Assembly (NCBI RefSeq): GCF_001904615.1
Contig: NZ_MRBY01000001.1
Coordinates: 101,380 to 133,379, forward strand
Length of the DNA: 32,000 nt
Reading direction: 5' to 3'
Origin: [Limnothrix rosea] IAM M-220
GTDB taxonomy: Bacteria; Cyanobacteriota; Cyanobacteriia; Cyanobacteriales; MRBY01
Made by a program: the position numbers and the translations under genes. Below, one piece after another: positions 8,364 to 16,006 of this stretch (the stretch's first letter is position 1; each line of letters begins with the position of its first letter). Under the pieces are notes generated by a model. That model had not been told where the DNA came from and made no database searches. It worked only from the letters and a program-made list of their open reading frames with translations.

Positions 8364-9842
8364 ATGGGATCAAGACGACATTTTTTTGTGCAATTAGTGA
8401 GTCGACGTATTTCGCGACGGGTGGCATTTTGGATTTTTGTGAGCATTGTTGTGATCGAAGCCATTATTCTCGTGCCATCAGCGCAACGTCGGGAGCGGGA
8501 ATTATTACGGGAATTAGAAGATCGCACATCGATTAAAGTGACATGGCTAGTGGCCAACTCCCGAAAGTCCCAAGCAAGATCAACACCCCCAACGCCACAG
8601 CAAGCAGAATTATTACTAGAACAGCTAAGGGAAGCGAATCATGACAATTTGATGTTGTCTTTACGGGGGGCTGTAATTTACGACGAACAGGGTCAAGTTC
8701 TCGCTAGTTTTGGCGATCGCCCAGCCTTGACTTGGCAGGCATTGCAAACCGGAAAAACAAACTATAAAAACTGGTCCGAAAGTCTCTACGACAGTAGTTG
8801 GTCAGAATTTGAGCAAGTTAACTATATGTTTGTTCTGCGCCACGACATTAGCGGCATCCAAACCGAGTTAGTTCAGTACAAACTGCGCATTGGAATCCTT
8901 GTGATCATTATTTCCGTTTTTGTCACGGCTTCAACATTGATTGTGATGCAAATTTTAGTCATTGCACCGATTCTGAAATTGCGTGAAGACCTGAGGGCTG
9001 CTGGAGAACTCGTGATCTCAAATCCAGAAAAAATTCATACTGCTGAGCTTCATTCTCTACATCACAACCGTAATGATGAACTGGGCGATGTCATGGATGA
9101 ATTTCGATCCATGTTGACCCGTATCACCACCGAAATTCAGCAGCGTATCATCGCAGAGCAAAATGTCCGCCGCGAACAAGAAAAATCCGAAGAACTATTA
9201 CTCAATATTCTGCCAGCCTCCGTTGCTCGTGAGCTAAAAGAAAACCGTCGCTATATTGCCGAGGGCTTTCCCCATGTCTCGGTTTTATTCGCAGATATTG
9301 TGGGGTTTACAACACTTTCAGCTAATAAAAAACCTGCCGAAATTGTGACGCTCTTAAATGATATTTTTTCCTCGTTTGATCGTCTGTCAGAAATTTATAG
9401 TTTGGAAAAAATTAAAACAATTGGGGATGCTTACATGGTGGCTGGTGGTTTACCAATGCCGCAACCCCATCATCCGGAATGTATGGCTGATATGGCGCTG
9501 GAAATGCTCAGTGAAATTGAGCGTTTAAATCAAATAAATGGCTATGCTTTACAGCTACGGATTGGGATCCACTGTGGTTCGGTGGTGGCGGGGGTGATTG
9601 GCACTCGTAAATTTATTTATGATCTGTGGGGTGATTCGGTAAATGTGGCTAGCCGCATGGAATCTCAAGGGTTGCCCAATAGTATTCAAGTGACTGAAAC
9701 TTTTCGTGAAAAATTAGGCGATCGCTACTTTTTTCAGCAACGTGAGGCCATACATGTGAAAGGAAAAGGGTTAATGCAAACCTATTTCTTGCTGGGTAAA
9801 AAAGACCCATTATCTCGGCTATGTCAACAAGCGCATTCATGA
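8364..9842 (+). CDS. Membrane-anchored class III adenylate/guanylate cyclase with periplasmic sensor region and HAMP-like linker
   Basis: Two hydrophobic segments (FWIFVSIVVIEAIILV; ILVIIISVFVTASTLIVMQILVIAPIL) are followed by a linker. The catalytic motifs are VLFADIVGFT, KTIGDAYMV and RIGIHCGSVVAGVIGTRKFIYDLWGDSVNVASRMES. Confidence 0.88.
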   Translation: MGSRRHFFVQLVSRRISRRVAFWIFVSIVVIEAIILVPSAQRRERELLRELEDRTSIKVTWLVANSRKSQARSTPPTPQQAELLLEQLREANHDNLMLSLRGAVIYDEQGQVLASFGDRPALTWQALQTGKTNYKNWSESLYDSSWSEFEQVNYMFVLRHDISGIQTELVQYKLRIGILVIIISVFVTASTLIVMQILVIAPILKLREDLRAAGELVISNPEKIHTAELHSLHHNRNDELGDVMDEFRSMLTRITTEIQQRIIAEQNVRREQEKSEELLLNILPASVARELKENRRYIAEGFPHVSVLFADIVGFTTLSANKKPAEIVTLLNDIFSSFDRLSEIYSLEKIKTIGDAYMVAGGLPMPQPHHPECMADMALEMLSEIERLNQINGYALQLRIGIHCGSVVAGVIGTRKFIYDLWGDSVNVASRMESQGLPNSIQVTETFREKLGDRYFFQQREAIHVKGKGLMQTYFLLGKKDPLSRLCQQAHS

Positions 9843-9874
9843 CTAATGTTGATATTGTAATTGCCCTTTTTCCA

Positions 9875-9901
9875 TAAAAAAAGACATCCGAAAGAATGTC
9901 C
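9875..9901 (-). terminator. Intrinsic terminator of the sigma-factor gene
   Basis: The minus strand reads GGACATTC-TTTC-GGATGTCT (8 bp including two G-U pairs) followed by TTTTTTTATGG, about 25 nt after the stop codon. Confidence 0.6.
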
Positions 9902-9926
9902 AAAAAAGTATTTTATTCCCTGAGAT

Positions 9927-11117
9927 TTAAGACAAGGTATCGAGATAATCTCGCATCAAATTACGACGCTTAGGCTGACGTAACTTTTGTAATGCTTTCG
10001 CTTCAATTTGGCGGACTCGCTCCCGCGACAGCTCTAGGACACGCCCAATCTCTGCGAGGGAATAGGTTTTGCCATCGTCTAGGCCATAGCGCAACTGAAT
10101 CACTTCCTGTTCGCGGTCTGTAAGTTCTGCTAAAAGATTGCGTAAATCCCGTTGCAGAGACTCCCGTACAAGATTTTCTTCGGGGGACGCATCACTGGTT
10201 TCGAGCAAATCGCCTAGTTCTGTGTCACGGTCTTTGCCGACGCGAATCTCTAGGGAAACGGAGCGGGGCACTTTTTGTAATACTTCTCGAACCTGCGCTG
10301 CGGTCATGTCGAGGACTTTCGCAACGTCTTCTAGGGTCGGTGTGCAACCTTGGGTTTGGGAAATTTGTCGTTGGGCTTTTTTGATTTTGTTGAGTTTTTC
10401 TGTGACGTGAACTGGGAGACGAATGGTGCGGCTTTGGGTGGCGATCGCCCTTGTGATCCCTTGGCGAATCCACCAGTAGGCATAGGTAGAAAATCGATAG
10501 CCCTTAGTGGGGTCAAACTTATCAACAGCCCGTTCTAGACCTAATGTGCCCTCTTGAATGAGATCAAGCAGCTCTAAACCGCGATTTTGATATTTTTTAG
10601 CGACGGAGACCACCAAGCGTAGATTTGCTTGGATCATGTGTTCTTTGGCCTGTGTTCCAGCCTTGAGGACGGATTCTAATTCTTTTACGTTTAAACCGAC
10701 ACATTCAGCCCAACGTTCCTTGCCCGCACGAATTTTTTGCCGTAAATTTTCTCGCTCTAAACCGACCTCTGTCGCCCAACGGCCCATGGCCGGACGACAA
10801 CCTAGCTCAATGGCTAAACGATCATGGACTGCAATGAGCTTGAGGAATTCGACGAGGATTTCATCTCCTTGCTCTGCTACCTCTTGCCGTTTTTCTAAAA
10901 GCTGTATATAATTTTGAACCTTGCGAGCTTCGGTTAATTCCTCATCCCTTTCCAGAAGTGGAACCCGTCCAATGTCTTGCAGATAAAGGCGAACCAAGTC
11001 TGTGGTGTGACCATTGCGGTTACTGGTTGCGGTCTGATCGAAAAATGCAAACTCATCTGTCGATGCAGTGGCAGTCCCAGTGGTAGACGATTTGTCGGAC
11101 TGGTTCGTAGGGGTCAT
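9927..11117 (-). CDS. RNA polymerase sigma-70 family factor, group 2-like (396 aa)
   Basis: Region 2 is RLVVSVAKKYQNRGLELLDLIQEGTLGLERAVDKFDPTKGYRFSTYAYWWIRQ. Region 4 is YSLAEIGRVLELSRERVRQIEAKALQKLR. AAGGAGAG lies 8 nt upstream of the ATG. The region 3 sequence (VHVTEKLNKIKKAQRQ) looks more like group 2 than primary SigA, and the paralogue cannot be assigned by eye. Confidence 0.92.
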   Translation of the reverse strand: MTPTNQSDKSSTTGTATASTDEFAFFDQTATSNRNGHTTDLVRLYLQDIGRVPLLERDEELTEARKVQNYIQLLEKRQEVAEQGDEILVEFLKLIAVHDRLAIELGCRPAMGRWATEVGLERENLRQKIRAGKERWAECVGLNVKELESVLKAGTQAKEHMIQANLRLVVSVAKKYQNRGLELLDLIQEGTLGLERAVDKFDPTKGYRFSTYAYWWIRQGITRAIATQSRTIRLPVHVTEKLNKIKKAQRQISQTQGCTPTLEDVAKVLDMTAAQVREVLQKVPRSVSLEIRVGKDRDTELGDLLETSDASPEENLVRESLQRDLRNLLAELTDREQEVIQLRYGLDDGKTYSLAEIGRVLELSRERVRQIEAKALQKLRQPKRRNLMRDYLDTLS

Positions 11118-11194
11118 TGTAGTGACTCTCCTTAAATCTGTTTAGGATCGATTAACCTTAAACTTCCCTGTTCGAAACCCCATTTCAACATTTT

Positions 11195-11212
11195 GTTACA
11201 AAACGTTACGTC
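11195..11212. promoter_or_regulatory. HLR1-like direct repeat GTTACAAA-AC-GTTACGTC (candidate RpaB site)
   Basis: The first half matches (G/T)TTACA(T/A)(T/A) at 8/8 and the second half at 6/8, with the canonical 2-nt spacer. It lies 78-95 nt upstream of the sigma-factor ATG. Confidence 0.35.
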
Positions 11213-11585
11213 TTTTCGGGGGTTTGAAGTAGCGATCGCGTTAAAGATTGTTACTAGCATAACGTTTCTAATGCCTGCATTTTGTTCAGTAAGTTATATA
11301 TTTGTGCCAATTTTCTCTGATGGAGCTTGTTGCTTGGTCGTTCATGATCGCCGCAGTTTCGCGCAATATTGTTAGGGTTTGCCAATAAAGAATCGCTGGG
11401 TCGCCCAGAAAGCAGGCGATCGCCCCGAAAAAAGTTTTATTAAAGGGGACATCCCGATAAAATGAGCAATCGGCTTAACAGGCACTAAACTGTCGCACTC
11501 AATTTCGTGGGGGGCGATCGCCATCAAGAAGCTAGCCCAACCCCAGAGAAATAGCGACGCAACCTATTCGTAACTTTTATTTATT

Positions 11586-13697
11586 ATGACCGACCAGACC
11601 CGTATTTTGATGTGCTCTCCCGACCACTATGACGTGGACTATGTCATTAACCCTTGGATGGAGGGTAACGTCCACAAATCTTCCCAGGCAAAAGCAGTGG
11701 AGCAGTGGCAGGCACTACACCACATTATTAAAGACCATGCCACCGTTGAGCTTGTGCCCCCCGCTAAAGGCTGGCCAGATATGGTGTTTACCGCTAATGC
11801 TGGTTTGGTGCTCGGCAAAAAAGCAATTTTGAGTCGTTTTTATCACCCAGAGCGCCAAGGGGAAGAGCCTTACTTTAAAGCATGGTTTGCGGAGCATGGC
11901 TTTCAGGTTTATGAGCTGCCCCAAGATTTGCCCTTCGAAGGCGCTGGTGATGCTTTATTTGACCGTGGTACTGGTGCGTTATGGGCGGGTTATGGTTTCC
12001 GTTCCGAGCTAGATTCCCATGCTTATATTGCCCAGTGGCTGGATATTGAAGTTTTGTCATTGCGCCTTATTGATCCCCGTTTTTACCACCTTGATACTTG
12101 CTTCTGTCCCCTCGACGGTGGCTATGTTTTATATTATCCACCTGCTTTTGATACCTATTCCAATGCATTAATCGAGAAGCGTATTCCTGAAGAAAAGCGC
12201 ATTGTTGTGCCTGAGCCAGACGCTGTGAATTTCGCCTGTAACGCGGTGAATGTTGGCGATGTGATCATCATGAATAAGATCAGCGCTGAATTAGAAAAAA
12301 TGATCCACGCAAAGGGCTTTAAAACTCGCCAAACGTCCCTAACAGAATTTCTCAAGGCCGGCGGTGCTGCGAAGTGTCTTACTTTAAAAACCACTGAACC
12401 GATCCAAGGGGAACCCCATGCCAACCAGCCTGTGGATAGCCGCATTATTCACCTTGAGGGTCATTTGCTGGATGCGGGCATTTTAAATGCTGCTTTGGAT
12501 CTCATTGCAGAGCAAGGGGGGAGTGCGAAGGTGCTCAACTTTAACCTTGGTTTAGAGCGTAAAAATACATCTTCTGCCAATGTGCGTGTGTCTGCTCCTT
12601 CGACCTTGGTCATGGAAGATATCATGTCTCAACTCATTGAGCTTGGTGCTGTAAATACCTCTGATGAAGATGTGACGGATGCGGAGCTGGAGGTGGTTCG
12701 TTACGTTGGTGTTGCGCCGGATGATTTTTATGTCACGAATATTTATCCCACTGAGGTGCGGGTGCGTGGTCAGTGGATCAAGGTTTCTCACCAGCGCATG
12801 GATGGGGCGATCGCCATTACAGAGAATAATGGTCAAATTTCTGCCCGCTGCCGTTTGTTAAGAGATTTGCAGGTGGGTGAAAAAGTGGTCGTCGGTGTCG
12901 ATGGGATTCGCACAAACCACAAGAGTAATGCCCGTCCGACCCAAGAGAAAAAAGAGTTTAGCTTTATGGGCGCAGGTGTCTCCAGTGAGCGTCGCGTTGA
13001 GCTAGTGGTCGAGCAGATCGCGTGGGAGCTACAAAAAATCCGTGAGCAAGGCGGTAAAGTGGTCGTTACGGCTGGCCCGGTTGTCATTCACACCGGTGGT
13101 GGACAGCATTTGTCTAGCCTCATTCGTCAAGGTTATGTTCATACGCTGCTCGGTGGTAATGCGATCGCCGTCCATGACATGGAGCAATCTGTCCTAGGCA
13201 CTTCCCTCGGCGTTGATATGAACAAAGGTGTTCCCGTGCGCGGTGGTCACCGTCATCACCTGAAAGTCATTAACACTGTGCGTCGTTATGGCAGCATTGC
13301 GAATGCCGTAGAACAGGGCTTCATTACCAAAGGTGTGATGTATGAATGCGTTAAGAAAAACGTGCCTTTCTGTTTAGCCGGATCAATTCGTGATGATGGT
13401 CCTTTACCCGATACAGAGATGGATTTGATTAAGGCTCAGACCGAGTATTCTCGACTACTCGAAGGCACAAATATGGTGCTCATGCTCTCGACCATGCTCC
13501 ATTCCATCGGTGTCGGTAATATGACTCCCGCTGGTGTGAAGATGGTTTGTGTCGATATTAATCCTGCCGTTGTCACAAAGCTCAGCGATCGCGGTTCTGT
13601 CGAGTCTACCGGTGTGGTCACTGATGTCGGCCTATTCCTCAGCCTATTGACTCAACAGTTAGATCGTCTGAATAAAGAGGCTGCCGTCACTGTTTAG
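11586..13697 (+). CDS. argZ: Bifunctional arginine dihydrolase / ornithine cyclodeaminase-like enzyme (ArgZ/AgrE type, 703 aa)
   Basis: The N-terminal guanidino-group-modifying fold has ILMCSPDHYDVDYVINPWM, FTANAGL, FEGAGD, FYHLDTCFCPL and GGAAKCLTL (catalytic Cys). The C-terminal ~420 aa is a LOR/SDH-like domain. Size and architecture match sll1336/alr4995-type proteins. Confidence 0.88.
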   Translation: MTDQTRILMCSPDHYDVDYVINPWMEGNVHKSSQAKAVEQWQALHHIIKDHATVELVPPAKGWPDMVFTANAGLVLGKKAILSRFYHPERQGEEPYFKAWFAEHGFQVYELPQDLPFEGAGDALFDRGTGALWAGYGFRSELDSHAYIAQWLDIEVLSLRLIDPRFYHLDTCFCPLDGGYVLYYPPAFDTYSNALIEKRIPEEKRIVVPEPDAVNFACNAVNVGDVIIMNKISAELEKMIHAKGFKTRQTSLTEFLKAGGAAKCLTLKTTEPIQGEPHANQPVDSRIIHLEGHLLDAGILNAALDLIAEQGGSAKVLNFNLGLERKNTSSANVRVSAPSTLVMEDIMSQLIELGAVNTSDEDVTDAELEVVRYVGVAPDDFYVTNIYPTEVRVRGQWIKVSHQRMDGAIAITENNGQISARCRLLRDLQVGEKVVVGVDGIRTNHKSNARPTQEKKEFSFMGAGVSSERRVELVVEQIAWELQKIREQGGKVVVTAGPVVIHTGGGQHLSSLIRQGYVHTLLGGNAIAVHDMEQSVLGTSLGVDMNKGVPVRGGHRHHLKVINTVRRYGSIANAVEQGFITKGVMYECVKKNVPFCLAGSIRDDGPLPDTEMDLIKAQTEYSRLLEGTNMVLMLSTMLHSIGVGNMTPAGVKMVCVDINPAVVTKLSDRGSVESTGVVTDVGLFLSLLTQQLDRLNKEAAVTV

Positions 13698-13732
13698 GTA
13701 ATGTCTCTCGTTAAATAGTCGATTAATCTACG

Positions 13733-13763
13733 AAAAGAGGTGGTTTTTCGCTGCCTCCTTTTC
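13733..13763 (+). terminator. Possible argZ terminator (imperfect hairpin plus T run)
   Basis: AAAAGAGGTGG pairs imperfectly with CTGCCTCCTTTT (one bulge, G-U pairs) across a TTTTTCG loop. Confidence 0.35.
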
Positions 13764-13818
13764 GTCTTATCTCATCCGCTATAATTTCAATACAAAATAA
13801 CTAAAACTAATAAAATTT

Positions 13819-15084
13819 GTGGGACGACCATTAGCAATTGACTTATTTTCAGGATGTGGCGGCTTATCTCTAGGTTTAGAGGCTGCTGGATTTGACGTTG
13901 CTGGAGCAGTCGAAGTTGATCCGGTTCATGCTTTGGTTCACCACTTCAATTTTTCCTATGGTGTCACCCTTTGCCAAGACATCAATACGTTAGATAGCGA
14001 TGTTCTACTACAACAAATTCGCGACAAAGGATTTATGGGAGAAATCGATCTGATCGCGGGAGGGCCGCCTTGTCAGGGTTTTTCCTTGATGGGCAAACGG
14101 CAACTCGAAGATCCTCGTAATCAATTGGTATTTGAGTATTTACGAATTGTCGATGAAATTCGACCAAAATATTTTATTTTCGAAAATGTTGCAGGGATGG
14201 CGACTGGCAAACATCGAACCTTCCGTGACACTCTCATTAACAGATTTAAGCAAATTGGCTATCAAACCATTGAATCTGGGCAAGTTCTCGATTCATCTTT
14301 GTATGGAGTCCCACAAAAGAGAAAACGATTATTTATTCTTGGTTATCGTGATGGCGTGCCTCCAATTTGCTATCCCATAGCAACAACACCAACAGAAGAC
14401 TCTCAAGTTAAAGTTAGTCATGCCATTGAAGATTTAGAGGCGATCACTGTACATAAAGGAAAAGATACTGGAATCCCGGCGACTCAACTAAACTACATTA
14501 ATTTCAGAAAAAATTTCTCCGTAAAAAATGATGGCGCATTTAAGCTCTGCCATAAAAGAAGTACAAACGGAAAAGTGTGGGGTCATCTCGGCTCAAACCA
14601 TACCCAAAAGTCAACTGATCGTTTTGCACAAACCCAGCCCGGCAAAACAGAAAAAGTGAGTCGTTTTTATAGACTGCATCCAGATGGTTTATCCAATACC
14701 CTGCGAGCAGGGACTCCCAGTGGTAGAGGAGCACATACTGCTGCTAGACCAATTCATTATGCTGTTCCGAGATGTATCAGTATTCGTGAGGCTGCAAGAC
14801 TACATACTTTTCCTGATTGGTTTCAATTCCACCGCACTATTTGGCACGGGTTTCGTGAAATTGGTAATGCAGTCGTACCTTTACTCGCTAAACAAATCGG
14901 CGATGAAATCATCAAAGCTCTCAACTGCGATCTTCGAGATTTAACACCTCGATCTTTAGAAAAAGTAGAGGAACAATTTCTGAGTTACACAGTAAGCGAA
15001 GCTTGTGCATATTGGGAAATTTCCCGTGACTTGATTCCAAAACGAACAAGAGAAAAAAAGTTAGTGAGTCAAAATACGAGATAG
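13819..15084 (+). CDS. DNA (cytosine-5)-methyltransferase, apparently intact (421 aa)
   Basis: The canonical m5C motifs are in the correct order: I DLFSGCGG, IV GGPPCQGFS, VI FENV, VIII QKRKRLFILG, IX RLHTFPDWF and X GNAVVPLLA. The start is GTG 13819, the only start codon between an upstream in-frame TAA at 13798 and motif I. Confidence 0.92.
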   Translation: MGRPLAIDLFSGCGGLSLGLEAAGFDVAGAVEVDPVHALVHHFNFSYGVTLCQDINTLDSDVLLQQIRDKGFMGEIDLIAGGPPCQGFSLMGKRQLEDPRNQLVFEYLRIVDEIRPKYFIFENVAGMATGKHRTFRDTLINRFKQIGYQTIESGQVLDSSLYGVPQKRKRLFILGYRDGVPPICYPIATTPTEDSQVKVSHAIEDLEAITVHKGKDTGIPATQLNYINFRKNFSVKNDGAFKLCHKRSTNGKVWGHLGSNHTQKSTDRFAQTQPGKTEKVSRFYRLHPDGLSNTLRAGTPSGRGAHTAARPIHYAVPRCISIREAARLHTFPDWFQFHRTIWHGFREIGNAVVPLLAKQIGDEIIKALNCDLRDLTPRSLEKVEEQFLSYTVSEACAYWEISRDLIPKRTREKKLVSQNTR

Positions 15085-15120
15085 ATAGATTTGTTGTGGT
15101 ACAGAAAAAGTAGTCAAAAT

Positions 15121-15869
15121 ATGATCAAATTATTGAGTATGTTTTCTTCGATAATTATGAAGAAGGTGATACCAGTGTTTCATTTAATCGAGATGAACTT
15201 GCCAAAGCTTGTGAAAGGTTAAATTTATCAAGGGTTAAAAATCTTGGTGATATTCCCTACTTGTATAGATTTCGCCGTGATTTACCAGAGTCAATCCGTA
15301 ATTGTGTGGCAGGAGATACAGAGTGGAGCATTATTGGCACTGGTATGGGAAGTTATGAATTTCGACAGGTAGCTCCCGCACATATATCGCCCACATCTCA
15401 TCACCACAAAATTCAAATTTCGGACGCGACTCCTGAAATTATTACGACTTATTCGCCGGGTTCTGATGAGTAAGCTCTACTCACTAAAGTCCGCTTCAAT
15501 CGCCTGATTGATATTTTCACTGGATTGACTTGTGATTCACTCCAAAATTATTTGCGAACAACAGTAAAAAGTATTGGTCAAATCGAAATTGACGAAATTT
15601 ATATTGGCTTAAATAAAGTCGGAGAACATTTCATCATTTCTTGTCAGGCTATGTCGATTGGTGATCGGTTCGGCATTGTTCAGGTGATGCAGGATCTTGA
15701 ATTTTGTCAGCAACGTTATGCTGATTTGCAATGTCGCCCCATTGCTTTGCAATTTTTATCTGTGTCTGACATTGCCATTATTGAATTAACTATTGAGCAG
15801 GAGGAAGAACTGGATCGACTATCGGTAGTAGACGAAAAGCATTACGGATTAGTTAAGGACTCCGAATAG
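15121..15869 (+). pseudogene. Restriction-endonuclease-like gene partnered with the methyltransferase, disrupted by a frameshift at codon 2 and an in-frame TAA (15471..15473)
   Basis: ORFs 15261..15473 and 15525..15869 share one frame, which is open from 15114. The only ATG (15121) is +1 out of frame, and reading ATGGAT instead of ATGAT would restore MDQIIEYVFF... It is on the same strand as the methyltransferase, 36 nt downstream. The nuclease identity is inferred from context only. Confidence 0.55.
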
Positions 15870-16006
15870 AGTGGCGATCGCCGAAGCGAGAACAAACTTG
15901 TTTTTTCAGACAATAGACCTTGGGAAATTTCGGTTTTTTGTGAATTCGTCTTGATCTGCGATGATGAGTGATTAAACTAGATTCGTTACCTTTGTTGTCG
16001 CACGCT

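Noticed and set aside
10138-10911. Several 60-90 aa ORFs on both strands inside the sigma-factor gene
   Set aside because: They are shadow ORFs of a well-supported sigma-70 coding frame. Their Ser/Arg/Pro-rich translations are typical of antisense reading.
11250-11263. Palindrome GTTA-N6-TAAC (GTTACTAGCATAAC) as an NtcA or CRP-family site
   Set aside because: It is GTT-N8-AAC rather than GTA-N8-TAC and does not fit TGTGA-N6-TCACA. It is too degenerate to call.
15121-15222. 33-codon ORF from ATG 15121 (MIKLLSMFSSIIMKKVIPVFHLIEMNLPKLVKG) as a possible R-M controller (C) protein
   Set aside because: It is too short and hydrophobic and has no helix-turn-helix pattern. The alternative frame over the same nucleotides encodes a much more protein-like sequence that continues into the downstream ORFs, so a frameshift is the simpler explanation.
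15471-15473. In-frame stop as programmed readthrough or selenocysteine recoding, tempting because selD is in the window
   Set aside because: The codon is TAA, not TGA. No SECIS-like hairpin follows, and the gene also lacks an in-frame start, so decay is more parsimonious.
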